DNA of 58,569 nucleotides from Acidimicrobiia bacterium (GTDB taxonomy: Bacteria > Actinomycetota > Acidimicrobiia > Acidimicrobiales > Aldehydirespiratoraceae), in NCBI GenBank assembly GCA_024421095.1, contig JAHQYM010000003.1:1-58569 (forward strand). Direction: 5' to 3'. Below the pieces are notes generated by a model that had not been told where the DNA came from, searched no databases, and saw nothing but the letters and a program-made list of their open reading frames with translations. Position numbers and translations under genes: made by a program. Shown here piece after piece: positions 20,379-30,004 of the stretch. Position 1 is the stretch's first letter. Each line of letters starts with the position of its first letter.

Positions 20379-21530
20379 CTAATGGGTATAGGTCAGAACA
20401 GGAATAAACATCTCGTCTGGTGTCATTGAGCCATGACGACCGATCAACTTGGTTTCGGGTTTGTCTGCGTGTTCACTAAAATACCAGCGATCCTTGGCAA
20501 TCAAAGCCACATCACCGAGCCGCGACCGGGCCGCTTCGGTCACTTCAGGTCCAAAGATACCTTCCTCAATGAGCAAGTCACGCGGTCGAACCCATGCGTG
20601 AGGTGAGTGTGCTTCGGATGCCGCGATCAACAACTCGCGTTGCCTTCCAGGGCGTGCATGCAGCCAACGAAAACGCGCTTCTCCGCTTTGGCAACGGACC
20701 TGCTCAGCAACCTCAGGTGCCAAGGCAACGTCCATGCCAGCACAATCCACTAGCCCATGGTCAGCGGTTACAACAAGGGCTGCACCACGCGGCAAAGCCA
20801 TCATCACATCCGCCACAAGGTTGTCGCAGGCCACGAGTTCCGCATCGTAGAACTCATCGAACCCGTGCGCGTGAGCTGTCTTATCAATACCTTCATAGTA
20901 GGCGTAGACGAACGGTTCACCAGCGGCAAGTGCTTGACGCACCTGCACCGCAATTGCCGACATGGTGTACCAAACGCGGTGGCGCGCATCTCCTAGGTGT
21001 GCTTTGCTGAAGCCGCTACCGCGATACTCAGCGTTTTGCACGACCACTGGGCGTTGACCACAAAAGACTGGTTCAGTCTGGAACTCGCTAGGGACGATTC
21101 GTTTGTGTCTGTCTCCGTTGACGATGCGCCAACGCAAAACATTGAAGATTTCGCCTTCAACATAGAAGCGGTAACCGACGATCCCGTGCTGGCCCGGTGG
21201 GGTGCCGGTCACAAGTGAAGTCAACGCGGTTGACGTGGTGGATGGTGCGACCGTGGTAGCCATTTGTTGCTGCATAGACATCAATGTTGGAACTAATTGG
21301 GAGCGCTGCTGCAGTTGATACCAGCCGAGGCCGTCCAGCACGAGCATGACCACTGCCGAACACTCAAAGATTTCTTCACTCAGCAATGTGTTGGCCTGTC
21401 CCCGCCGTTCAAGAAGTGCTGGCACTAGGTCTGATATGCAACTTTTCCCGAAAGTGGGCAGTGTTGGGTTGAGGTCATGCATTCGTTCAAGTTTTACCAG
21501 AGTTGAAGGCACATATTGTGATAGAAGCAT
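20379..21530 (-). CDS. alkaline-phosphatase-superfamily phosphodiesterase / nucleotide pyrophosphatase-like protein
   Basis: VLDGLGW metal-site motif, nucleophile region APSTTSTALTSLVTGTPPGQHG, and distal TADHG motif. Confidence 0.75.
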   Translation of the reverse strand: MLLSQYVPSTLVKLERMHDLNPTLPTFGKSCISDLVPALLERRGQANTLLSEEIFECSAVVMLVLDGLGWYQLQQRSQLVPTLMSMQQQMATTVAPSTTSTALTSLVTGTPPGQHGIVGYRFYVEGEIFNVLRWRIVNGDRHKRIVPSEFQTEPVFCGQRPVVVQNAEYRGSGFSKAHLGDARHRVWYTMSAIAVQVRQALAAGEPFVYAYYEGIDKTAHAHGFDEFYDAELVACDNLVADVMMALPRGAALVVTADHGLVDCAGMDVALAPEVAEQVRCQSGEARFRWLHARPGRQRELLIAASEAHSPHAWVRPRDLLIEEGIFGPEVTEAARSRLGDVALIAKDRWYFSEHADKPETKLIGRHGSMTPDEMFIPVLTYTH

Positions 21531-21572
21531 ATTAAATTTCTTTGATGCCGCTGCAGCGCGTAAACTTCGGGT

Positions 21573-22019
21573 ATGAGAGTTTCGACCCGAGGCGATTACG
21601 CGGCTCGTGCATTGGTTTCGCTAGCTTTGCATATTGAGGATACACCCACCTCAGTGCGTGAAATAGCTGAACGCACCGCTTTACCGCAGCCTTACCTTGA
21701 ACAAATACTCTTGGCCGTGAAGGGCGCAGGAATCGTGCGCTCTAAACGTGGGGTCGGCGGTGGCTATGTGCTGGCCCGAGACCCGAGCGAGATCCGCTTG
21801 TCGGAGATCCTCAGAGCTGTAGACGGCCCGATCACAGCCGGCGATTTCTCCGAACCGCATACCGACGGTGCTTGCGACCACGAAGGGCAATGTGTCCTGC
21901 TCAGCATTTGGGGTGCAACGGGTTCGCACATGCGCGAATTTCTGGATTCTTTCACTTTGGCCGATATTGCGGCCATGTCCAGAGGAGAGGCTCCGTGGCC
22001 TGCCCGTGAAGAGATTTAG
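21573..22019 (+). CDS. Rrf2-family transcriptional regulator
   Basis: MRVSTRGDYAARAL N-terminus, wHTH region, GGGYVLAR motif. Divergent from the AlkP gene across a 42-bp spacer. Confidence 0.88.
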   Translation: MRVSTRGDYAARALVSLALHIEDTPTSVREIAERTALPQPYLEQILLAVKGAGIVRSKRGVGGGYVLARDPSEIRLSEILRAVDGPITAGDFSEPHTDGACDHEGQCVLLSIWGATGSHMREFLDSFTLADIAAMSRGEAPWPAREEI

Positions 22020-22945
22020 ACTAAGCAAAGCGACAAAATCTCGGTCAGTTCCGACGGTAGTCTCGACTCAAAAGTTACCTGCTGTTTGCTTTGAGGGTGA
22101 CGAAACCGCAGTTCACACGCATGCAGGAACGGTCTTGACAATGCGATCTGGGGTCGTCCGCCGTCGTAGGTTCGGTCACCTACTAGGGGATGACCAATAG
22201 CCCTCAGGTGAACCCGAATTTGGTGGGTCCTCCCAGTCTCGAGTTGGCATTTGAGCAACGTTGTAGCAGCGGGTTTGCTGAAACGTTCCTCGACCTGATA
22301 ATGCGTCACGGCTTGTCGACCCGAATCAGTTACTGCCATCCTTGCGGGGTGCCGGATTGAGCGACCAATAGGTGCGTCAATGCTGGCTTGGTCGTTGGTG
22401 ACGTGCCCCCAAGCGAGTGCGGTATAGGTTCGTTCGGGCTCATGAGTGCCTAATTGGGCTACAAGGTCGTGATATGCCTCGTTAGTACGCGCAACCATGA
22501 GCAAACCAGAGGTCATGCGGTCAAGACGATGGACGATACCAGGCCTTTCGGGTTGGCCTACCGTAGCGATTTCTGGGTAAAGGGCGAGCAGGCCATTGAC
22601 TAGGGTTTGGTTTCGGTGTTGCGCTGTTGGGTGGACAACCATGTCTGCGGGTTTGTCTACCACTATCACCTGCGGGTCTTCGTGAACAACTTCTATCTTG
22701 ACGGCTGCGTTCGCTTTGGGGTACTCGTCAAGCGCAACGGGAATGGACACCTCAATGAGGTTTCCAAGAGCCACGCGTGTCGATCCTGAAGTTACGGGAA
22801 CCCTGTCCAACAACACGGCTCGCTCAGCGATCAATCGCGCCGCCTCAGAGCGACTAATCTCGCCAAGAAGTGCAACCACGCGGTCTACTCGTTCACCCTC
22901 CAAAGCCAAAGAAATTTCGCAACTAACAAACCGATTAGTGGTCAA
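22016..22945 (-). CDS. rluD: RluA/RluD-family 23S rRNA pseudouridine synthase
   Basis: S4-like N-terminus and catalytic motif HRLDRMTSGLLMVAR. The ORF is open to 23047, but that would overlap the upstream gene by 100 nt. A TTG at 22945, right after the upstream stop, is the proposed start (uncertain). Confidence 0.85.
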   Translation of the reverse strand: MTTNRFVSCEISLALEGERVDRVVALLGEISRSEAARLIAERAVLLDRVPVTSGSTRVALGNLIEVSIPVALDEYPKANAAVKIEVVHEDPQVIVVDKPADMVVHPTAQHRNQTLVNGLLALYPEIATVGQPERPGIVHRLDRMTSGLLMVARTNEAYHDLVAQLGTHEPERTYTALAWGHVTNDQASIDAPIGRSIRHPARMAVTDSGRQAVTHYQVEERFSKPAATTLLKCQLETGRTHQIRVHLRAIGHPLVGDRTYDGGRPQIALSRPFLHACELRFRHPQSKQQVTFESRLPSELTEILSLCLV

Positions 22946-22946
22946 G

Positions 22947-24581
22947 TTAGCGGCGTGATAGGTTGCCCGATTTGAACTCAACTCGTTCTGCCGCCCAGGG
23001 GATGGCTCGCAATCGGGCTTGGGGTATGCCTCTCCCTGACACAACACAGATGCCGTAGGTATTGGCCGCGATGCGGGCTAACGCGGCATCAATTTGTTCT
23101 ACGGCCGCTCTAGCCTGCGCCGACAATGCCAAATCACGTTCGCGTTCCACGGCGAGCGTGTCTCCTTCGCCGCTTTCTTCGTCAAACTGCACATCGCCTG
23201 GTTCGCGTCCTTCCACTAAGGATTCCGCTTCAGCTCGGTAGGTTTCCTCCGAGTGTATGTATTTGGCTCGTTCCTCTAGGAGACGCTGCTTCATTTCATC
23301 ATTAAATTTCTGACCAAAGGGAGATTTTTTCAAACCCTTCTTTTTCACAACGGCAGGTTTTCTCCCACGTGTTTTCTTAACCACGCGTTGCGGGGCTGAA
23401 GTTGTGTCGGCGGTTGATTTCTTGGCAACCGTTTTCTTGGCAGTCGTCTTCTTGGCAGCCGTCTTCTTCTCTGTCGTCTTCTTAGCAGTCGCTTTCTTAG
23501 CAGTCGCTTTCTTAGCAGTCGCTTTCTTAGCAGTCGCTTTCTTGGCAGTCGTTTTCTTGGCAGTCGTCTTCTTCTCTGTCGCTTCCTTAGCAACTGTCTT
23601 CTTCTCTGTCGCTTTCTTAGCAGCGGCCTTCTTCGCAGTTGTCTTCTTAGTCGTGGACTTCTTCGCTGTCGTCTTCTTGGCTGCGGATTTCTCCCCCATC
23701 ACCTGCTCAGCAGACACCTTCGCCGCAGCAGCCGCCTTCTTAGCCGCGGACTTCTTCGCAGCCGATTTCTTCGCAACCGTCTTCTTGACCGTGGACTTCT
23801 TCGCAACCATCTTCTTGGCTGTGGACTTCTCCGCCGCAGCCGATTTCTTAACCGTGGACTTCTTCGCAACTTTCTTCTTCGCCGCAGACTTCTCCCCTAC
23901 AACCTGCTCCGCAGACACCTTCGCCGCAGCAGGCGATTTCTTGACCGTGGACTTCCTCGCAGCCGATTTCTTCGCAACCGTCGTCTTAGCCGTGGACTTC
24001 TTCGCAGTCGTCTTCTTCGTTGCGGATTTCTTCGCTGCGGATTTCTTCGCCACCACCTGCTCAGCAGACATCTTCGCCGCAGCAGGCGCCTTCTTGGCTG
24101 CGGACTTCCTCGCAGTCGTCTTCTTCACAACCGTCTTCTTCGCTGCGGACTTCTCCGCCGCCACCGGCTCAGCAGGCACTTTGACCGAAGCAGGCGATTT
24201 CTTGACCGTGGATTTCTCCGCAACCACCTGCTCAGCAGACATCTTCGCCGCAGCAGGCGCCTTCTTGGCTGCGGACTTCCTCGCAGCCGATTTCTTCACA
24301 ACCGTCTTCTTGACTGCGGACTTCTCCGCCACCACCTGATCGGCAGGCACTTTTGCCGCAGCAGTCGCTTTCTTGACCGTGGACTTCTTCGCTGTCGCCT
24401 TCTTGGCTGCGGACTTCTCCCCCACCACTTGCTCGGTGGGAGATTTCTTGGCCGTGGCCTTTTTGGCCGTCGTTTTCGCTGCGGGGGTTTTCTTCACGGG
24501 GGTTTTCTTTGTTGGCGACTTTTTGGACGTTGTTTTCTGGGTTGCGGGAGCTTTCTTCGTTGCGGTTTTCGCCTTCGCCAT
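22947..24581 (-). CDS. Lys/Ala-rich histone-H1-like repeat protein with a C-terminal DksA/TraR-like domain (Cys-depleted zinc finger)
   Basis: 544 aa. Residues 1 to about 410 are AKK/TAKK/SAAKK repeats punctuated by AAAK(V/M)SAEQVV.EKS. The C-terminal ~115 aa has a DksA-type coiled coil plus YGICVVSGRGIPQARLRAIPWA, with only one of the four usual Cys present. Confidence 0.85.
   Translation of the reverse strand: MAKAKTATKKAPATQKTTSKKSPTKKTPVKKTPAAKTTAKKATAKKSPTEQVVGEKSAAKKATAKKSTVKKATAAAKVPADQVVAEKSAVKKTVVKKSAARKSAAKKAPAAAKMSAEQVVAEKSTVKKSPASVKVPAEPVAAEKSAAKKTVVKKTTARKSAAKKAPAAAKMSAEQVVAKKSAAKKSATKKTTAKKSTAKTTVAKKSAARKSTVKKSPAAAKVSAEQVVGEKSAAKKKVAKKSTVKKSAAAEKSTAKKMVAKKSTVKKTVAKKSAAKKSAAKKAAAAAKVSAEQVMGEKSAAKKTTAKKSTTKKTTAKKAAAKKATEKKTVAKEATEKKTTAKKTTAKKATAKKATAKKATAKKATAKKTTEKKTAAKKTTAKKTVAKKSTADTTSAPQRVVKKTRGRKPAVVKKKGLKKSPFGQKFNDEMKQRLLEERAKYIHSEETYRAEAESLVEGREPGDVQFDEESGEGDTLAVERERDLALSAQARAAVEQIDAALARIAANTYGICVVSGRGIPQARLRAIPWAAERVEFKSGNLSRR
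23400..24560 (-). repeat. in-frame coding tandem/nested repeats of the Lys/Ala-rich region
   Basis: The 15-bp unit cttagcagtcgcttt occurs 4 times perfectly plus 2 degenerate copies (23481-23570). A 63-bp stretch at 24053-24115 is repeated exactly at 24224-24286 (171-bp offset). Confidence 0.9.
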
Positions 24582-24660
24582 ACTGCCGGTCCTTCATCTA
24601 TGACCGACGCATGACCGCCCCAGTCAAGCGGACACTATAGCGGCTCAAGTGGGGAATCCG

Positions 24661-26130
24661 TTACCGTTTACCCAAGAACCATGAACGGCTTTTCTGTTCC
24701 TCATCTTGGTTGAAGAACGCTGATGCGGCTTCATCATCCTCGCTCGTCAGGTTGTCTTTTGAAGCGGTCTCCCGCAGTTGAGTCAAAATCGGTTCTTCCT
24801 CAACCTGGTTTGCTGCATCGCTTGACGCGGTCGAACTCGCCGATTCGCCGCGATGCAAGTTTGCTGGAGATGTACGGTGGTCCACTGAGCCTTGCTCTTC
24901 TAAGTCCGCAACGGTCACGAACCTCGGTTGCGTTGGATCTGGTTCCGTGGGGCTAGTCGATGCTCCGCTGTTGCCGACAATCTCACCAATCTCTTCCTCT
25001 ACTCGAAGCGAAACCCCAGGTTCTTCTGAGAACAGCGCTCCGGGGACATCATTGAGAACATCGGCGCGTTCGGTAATTGCCCCATCAACCGGTTCACGGG
25101 GGTCTTGTGCAAACGCACTCGCGTCAGCCGCTTCTTCAAGATCACCGGGGTCGCGACGGTCACCTTCTTCAAGATCACGGGGTTCAAGAAGGTCGCCTCC
25201 CTCAGAAGTTGCTGGCTTCCCGATGATGTCAGCCTCTGCGATGTGCTCCGTCACTTCATGCGCCTCGGCAGCAGCATCAGTTTCAACGTGCATGGAGTCA
25301 CCGAGACCAGCATCACCGAGACCAGCATCACCGAGACCAGCATCACTGAGACCAGCATCACTGAGACCACGGTCACCGAGATCCATGCTAGCAGCCTCCG
25401 TTTCCGCTGAGAGGTCGGGTTGGGCGGATAGTACGGGTGCCTCCGTGAGCCGGAAGGTCTCTGGCGACATCACCAATTCGGTTAGTTTCGACAAAGATGC
25501 TTCTATCTCTTGGCGTTGTTGAGCAAGGTGTTCGTTGAGGATGTCAACATCTTCGGATAGCAACACACGTTGAGCACTCAATTCAGCGATCTTGATGGCG
25601 TGCTTTTCGCGTTCAGCGTCTGCTAGTACCTCTTCGCGTTCCGTAGCTTGGGCCTCCGCATCAGCAACGGTGCGTTCTGAGTATTCGTCTGCGGCACGGC
25701 GAGTATCTTCGGCTTCTGCTTGTGCGTCAGCGAGCGTGGTTTGCGCTTGTTGTAGGGTTTCGGTTGCTTGACTTGTGGCTTCGGCGAGCATTTGCTCGGC
25801 TCGTTGATGAGCGTCAGCAACTGCATCGTCTGCCACTTTCTGGGCCATTTCAAGCGTGCGGGCTATGCCTTGCGCCGCTTGAGTTGCCGACACCGACGGC
25901 AACGATGTGTCGGGGGTTGTTCGCTGCGCTGTTGCGGTGTCTCGCAAAGGTACCTGGTCTTGGTACCCATCACGGCTTGCTAGCTGTTGTTGCAGCGTCT
26001 CGATTTGGGCTTGTGCTGCCTCGGCAGCCTTGATGACCTTTTCAACGTACGCATCGACTTCGGCGGGGTCATATCCCCGCCAGCGTTCGTGAAAGCTAAA
26101 CTGTTGCAGTAGAGTAGACAAATCGTCCAT
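24661..26130 (-). CDS. divIVA: DivIVA-domain protein (Wag31-like) with a long acidic C-terminal extension
   Basis: N-terminal F..ERWRGYDPAEVDAYV DivIVA motif and coiled coil. Sits downstream of sepF in the dcw cluster. Confidence 0.88.
   Translation of the reverse strand: MDDLSTLLQQFSFHERWRGYDPAEVDAYVEKVIKAAEAAQAQIETLQQQLASRDGYQDQVPLRDTATAQRTTPDTSLPSVSATQAAQGIARTLEMAQKVADDAVADAHQRAEQMLAEATSQATETLQQAQTTLADAQAEAEDTRRAADEYSERTVADAEAQATEREEVLADAEREKHAIKIAELSAQRVLLSEDVDILNEHLAQQRQEIEASLSKLTELVMSPETFRLTEAPVLSAQPDLSAETEAASMDLGDRGLSDAGLSDAGLGDAGLGDAGLGDSMHVETDAAAEAHEVTEHIAEADIIGKPATSEGGDLLEPRDLEEGDRRDPGDLEEAADASAFAQDPREPVDGAITERADVLNDVPGALFSEEPGVSLRVEEEIGEIVGNSGASTSPTEPDPTQPRFVTVADLEEQGSVDHRTSPANLHRGESASSTASSDAANQVEEEPILTQLRETASKDNLTSEDDEAASAFFNQDEEQKSRSWFLGKR
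25301..25375 (-). repeat. 15-bp coding tandem repeat x5 encoding (GL[SG]DA)5 in divIVA
   Basis: ccgagaccagcatca x3, then ctgagaccagcatca, then ctgagaccacggtca. Confidence 0.9.
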
Positions 26131-26199
26131 GTTCTGAGTGTAGGACAGTTCGTAGCCTATTTGGGTGACCCGTTGGAGTTTGTTGGTTAGGCAGGAGCA

Positions 26200-26805
26200 T
26201 TAGGTGTTGGATCTTATGTCGGTTACGTTTGAGTGTTCGGAGTTGCGTGGTAGCGGTTTGGGTTGGGTGATCAGAAAAACATAATCGCCAACCCGTTTCA
26301 TGTTGCCCCCTAAGGCGTAACAACCACCAGATGCGAAGTCTAGGAGCCGTCGCCTGTCGTAATGTTCGGCGTTTTGGAAGTTGATGATGAGCGGTTGCCC
26401 AGATTTGAGGTACTCCCCTATCATCGCCGCTTGTTCGAAACTCGTTGGGGAGATTGTGTGCGGGTCGGCGTGGGTTGGTCGGGTGGGTGGATCGTCCACA
26501 ATTCGCACAGCGGTTCCGGTTGTGGTTTGAGGCGCTGTTGGGTTGTGTGGATTGCCTGCGCTGGTGCGTTGCGAGGAGCGCGTTGATCTGTTTGGCGGTG
26601 GTTCTGCTGTTCCCACGGATTTGATCGGACGAACAGTGGTGCTACCCGGTTCCGACCTCTGCACGTAAGGGGCACCGTGGCCAATCTGTGCAGGGTCTTG
26701 GCGTTGCCCGAGGGAAGCGTTGGTGACGCGGTCGTCGTATTGTTCGTATTCCTCGTCTGAACCTAGACCGAGATAGAAAAATAGTTTTTTTAGCATTCGC
26801 AACAC
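26200..26805 (-). CDS. sepF: cell division protein SepF
   Basis: N-terminal amphipathic MLKKLFFYLGL, a disordered linker, and a C-terminal SepF core (PTSFEQAAMIGEYLKSGQPLIINF ... GNMKRVGDYVFLITQP). Confidence 0.9.
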   Translation of the reverse strand: MLRMLKKLFFYLGLGSDEEYEQYDDRVTNASLGQRQDPAQIGHGAPYVQRSEPGSTTVRPIKSVGTAEPPPNRSTRSSQRTSAGNPHNPTAPQTTTGTAVRIVDDPPTRPTHADPHTISPTSFEQAAMIGEYLKSGQPLIINFQNAEHYDRRRLLDFASGGCYALGGNMKRVGDYVFLITQPKPLPRNSEHSNVTDIRSNT

Positions 26806-26913
26806 CTGCCTTCTTTTACAAATCTACCGCTTGAACGCAGCAAGGTGGAAGCCATCACAGTTTTTTTATTAGGCTTAGCATTCTGGCAGGCTATCCTACC
26901 CCATTGAGCGGCT

Positions 26914-27609
26914 TCATCCATCAGCGAATATCGCCTGTTTGGGTACTCGGGGTGGCCGGGGGCCGAACAGGTCTGTTCCTACCCGTACCATTGTTGACCC
27001 TTCTTGCACGGCGACTTCTAGGTCGTTGGTCATGCCCATGGAGCATTCCTTTAGCCCGAGTTGGTCGACTAGTTGACGCAATTGTCTGAACGCAGGCCGT
27101 GCTTCTTCTGGGGTGCCGATTGGACCGATTCCCATCAAGCCAATCACTCTCAGGTTGAGTTGGGTTAATTTGTCGACTAGTTCGGGGACGGCGTTGGTTG
27201 CACAACCACGTTTAGATTCCTCGTCACTGATGGCAACTTGCACCAGAACTCGTGCGTGAGGTGAGCGCTGTGCAAGTTCTTGACCCAACGAGTAGCGGTC
27301 TATGGATTGCCAGATGTCAACTATCTCGGCTATTTTACGGATTTTGTTGCGTTGCAATCCGCCAATGAAATGCACTTGTGGCCGTTGGTCGCCGCAAGTT
27401 CTTAGTGCTGGGTTCTTTTGACAGAGTTCTTGCGCGTAGCTTTCACCGATGTCGTGGCAGCCAGCGGCTATAGCGGCTGAAACCGTAGCTGGCGTGTGGC
27501 CTTTGGTGACTGCCACGATGCGTATATTTTGGCCGCCTGCAGCCGTTAGGCGCGTCCGTAATCGCTCCAACCTGTGGTTGAGCACGCCTCTTGCGTCGGG
27601 GGCACCCAC
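26914..27609 (-). CDS. ylmE: YggS/YlmE-family PLP-binding (PLP homeostasis) protein
   Basis: VAVTKGH PLP-lysine motif and HFIGGLQRNK; position immediately after ftsZ. Confidence 0.9.
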   Translation of the reverse strand: MGAPDARGVLNHRLERLRTRLTAAGGQNIRIVAVTKGHTPATVSAAIAAGCHDIGESYAQELCQKNPALRTCGDQRPQVHFIGGLQRNKIRKIAEIVDIWQSIDRYSLGQELAQRSPHARVLVQVAISDEESKRGCATNAVPELVDKLTQLNLRVIGLMGIGPIGTPEEARPAFRQLRQLVDQLGLKECSMGMTNDLEVAVQEGSTMVRVGTDLFGPRPPRVPKQAIFADG

Positions 27610-27627
27610 GCGCCAACTTCGCTTTCT

Positions 27628-28737
27628 TTACCTCAGAAAGGCTGGGACATCAAATTCGTCGCCAAGGTCAAGGTTGTCGTCAGTGGTGGCGAAAACATCC
27701 GCGATGGTGTCTTCGCGGTGTGATGGTGTTTTTTCGGTTTCTTTCTGGGTTTGCGGGGTTCGTGTTTGGGTGGTGTTGCTGCGAGTGTCGTCCCAACGGT
27801 CGAAGCCCGCAGCGATGACCGTAACCCGCACATCGTCACCCATTTCTTCGTCTACCACTGCTCCGAAGATGATGTTGGCATCTTGGTGGGCGACTGCGTG
27901 AATAATTTCCGCGGCTTCGTTGACTTCAATCAGGCCGAGTCCGTCACCGCCGCTGATGTTCAAGAGGATGCCTCGGGCGTTTTCGATGGATGCTTCGAGT
28001 AATGGACTGGATATAGCATCTCGGGCTGCGGCCACTGCCCGTCCTTCGCCGCTGCCGTGCCCGATTCCCATTAGTGCGCTGCCAGCATCGGTCATGATGG
28101 TGCGCACGTCTGCAAAGTCGGTGTTGATGAGGCCTGGTGTGGTGATGAGTGTGGTTATGCCTTGCACTCCTTGGAGCAGGATTTCGTCTGCCATTTTGAA
28201 TGCATTGAGGACTGAAGTGTTGTTGTCGGCCACGGTGAGCAGTCGGTCGTTGGGGATGATGATTAAAGTGTCGACTTTTTCTTTGAGCCGTTGTATACCG
28301 TTTTCGGCTTGCACTGAACGGCGGCGCCCTTCAAAGGCGAAGGGGCGGGTGACTACGCCGATCGTGAGCGCGCCTTCAGATTTGGCGAGTTCTGCGATGA
28401 CGGGTGCGGCTCCGGTGCCAGTGCCGCCGCCTTTGCCGGCGGTGATGAACACCATGTCGGAACCGCGGATCGATTCGCGTATTTCGTCTAGGTGCGCTTC
28501 TGCGGCTAAGCGTCCGACCTCGGGGTCGCTGCCGGCTCCGAGACCACGGGTTAGGTCTCGTCCGATATCGATTTTTTCGTCGGCATCGCTCATTAATAGT
28601 GCTTGTGCGTCGGTGTTGGCGGCAATGAATTCCACACCTTTTAGTCCAGCATCAATCATGCGGTTCACGGCGTTCACTCCGCCGCCGCCAACGCCAACAA
28701 CTTTGATAACAGCGAGATAGTTTTGCGGTTGAGACAT
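27628..28737 (-). CDS. ftsZ: cell division GTPase FtsZ
   Basis: [17 protein letters not shown], tubulin signature [11 protein letters not shown], and a C-terminal DVPAFLR peptide. Confidence 0.98.
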   Translation of the reverse strand: MSQPQNYLAVIKVVGVGGGGVNAVNRMIDAGLKGVEFIAANTDAQALLMSDADEKIDIGRDLTRGLGAGSDPEVGRLAAEAHLDEIRESIRGSDMVFITAGKGGGTGTGAAPVIAELAKSEGALTIGVVTRPFAFEGRRRSVQAENGIQRLKEKVDTLIIIPNDRLLTVADNNTSVLNAFKMADEILLQGVQGITTLITTPGLINTDFADVRTIMTDAGSALMGIGHGSGEGRAVAAARDAISSPLLEASIENARGILLNISGGDGLGLIEVNEAAEIIHAVAHQDANIIFGAVVDEEMGDDVRVTVIAAGFDRWDDTRSNTTQTRTPQTQKETEKTPSHREDTIADVFATTDDNLDLGDEFDVPAFLR

Positions 28738-29452
28738 CGTTTATGGTCCTCAAACTCTGTTCAATAGACGGCCAATATGCACCCTAGAGTGCAGGTCAAT
28801 AGATGACGCTATAGCAAATCGAGGCATTAATCGCGGATACTCGTTACTTTGCTCTGCACAAACCCTGTTAAGACAACTAGCACGTTCGGTGAAAGCACTT
28901 CTGGTTCTCCGCATTTGGAGTCGGAGTCGATGGGGTGAGGGTCCGCGGTTGCGCGCGCGGGATTCCCCAGAATCGGTGTTGACAAGCAAGCGAGGAACTG
29001 GAGGATCACTGTGGAAGTTGCCCGATACGTGCTTGTTATCTGTAGGTGGGACTGGGCGATGTTGCGGTGCTCGGCATCAAAGACGAGCCCGGTGCAGCGT
29101 TGCGGCTGCATGTCCGGGTTCGGGCGGCGAGAGCGGCTGGGTTGCGCTATTATGTGCGTGCCAATCGTATTTGGTGTTTTCTGTGCTTGGTGGTTTACTT
29201 GGTGCAGGTATCCACTAGAACTCGACTGGTGTTTGCGAAGAACCAGATAATCACCCAAGAATGGAGCAAAAATGAGTGCCACAGTAACGGGAAAGAGAAT
29301 GCCTGTGAAGGAACCAAGTCGGTTAAGTCGGCTGGGTGATCTTCGTTTTTACGTTTGACGGTGATCTTTGTCGTCATCGGCGGTGGTGCCACTTGGAATC
29401 TTGAGGGTTACCGCCAATCGAATTGGCTCACTTATCTTAATCCCGCCAACAA

Positions 29453-30004
29453 GTGTTCTCAATAATGCACCTACGTTCGGCGGTTTGCATTAGTGGTCTC
29501 AGGGTGTCGTTCGGTCAGGTCGCAGAGTGGTTTTGTGTGACCATCGTGGTGACGCTCGTCGCATTCTTCGCTATATCGTTGGGTGCCGGTTGGCACTTGG
29601 ACTATGACGTTCGCTACAACCCAGCACTGGTCTGGTGGGGAGTAGCCGGAACGGTGTTACTCAGTTTTTGGTACGGCTGGTTCGTGCTCATTCGTGATCT
29701 GCATATGGGACGCTTACGGAAAATTCACGGGTTCGCTGCTGTTGGTTGGCTGTTGACCTCTGGTGCGATTTTGTGGCTCGTAGCTGCTCTTGTCGACATG
29801 TCGAGGCTCATTCCTTCTAATGACCTTGAACATGGTGAGTTGCTAAAGCGTGTTGCAGTTGAGTGGGGCGCTTGGATTCCGTTCCTGTTGGTGCTGCCGT
29901 TGCCGTTTCTTTTGGCTCGCCGTTTCGGTGTCAATAAGATTGCTTTAGCTTCGCTACCATTACAGGCGTTCCTTTGGTGGGCCGCCTTGAACACTCCAAC
30001 CTGA
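29453..30004 (+). CDS. hypothetical polytopic membrane protein (4-5 TM), opposite in orientation to the dcw genes
   Basis: Hydrophobic segments WFCVTIVVTLVAFFAISLGAGW, ALVWWGVAGTVLLSFWYGWFVLI, GFAAVGWLLTSGAILWLVAALV and WGAWIPFLLVLPLPFLLA. The start is uncertain (GTG 29453 or ATG 29465). Confidence 0.55.
   Translation: MFSIMHLRSAVCISGLRVSFGQVAEWFCVTIVVTLVAFFAISLGAGWHLDYDVRYNPALVWWGVAGTVLLSFWYGWFVLIRDLHMGRLRKIHGFAAVGWLLTSGAILWLVAALVDMSRLIPSNDLEHGELLKRVAVEWGAWIPFLLVLPLPFLLARRFGVNKIALASLPLQAFLWWAALNTPT

Noticed and set aside
21549-21558. 10-bp perfect palindrome CGCTGCAGCG in the 42-bp AlkP/Rrf2 divergent spacer, as a possible Rrf2 operator
   Set aside because: It is too short and too GC-rich compared with known Rrf2-family operators. 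It could be chance in GC-rich DNA.
23404-24339. 311-aa plus-strand ORF rich in F/L/A/V (FLAVAFLAV...)
   Set aside because: It is the antisense shadow of the Lys/Ala-repeat gene. AAG/GCN codons read backwards give CTT/NGC, so the composition is an artefact of the repeat.
23400-24560. Possible CRISPR array or non-coding minisatellite
   Set aside because: The repeats are in frame within one long ORF. They lack unique spacers of regular length and encode a coherent Lys/Ala-rich polypeptide.
27920-28720. 266-aa plus-strand ORF
   Set aside because: It lies entirely antisense to the unmistakable ftsZ gene. This is a typical high-GC shadow ORF. The same reasoning applies to 763-1287(-), 30211-30738(+), 31049-31789(+), 51307-52047(-), 7999-8448(+) and similar ORFs.
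28827-29282. 151-aa minus-strand ORF in the ftsQ-ftsZ spacer
   Set aside because: It has an atypical Gln/His/Ser/Thr-rich composition, overlaps several equally long ORFs in other frames and contains no recognisable motif. It is kept only as part of the spacer finding.
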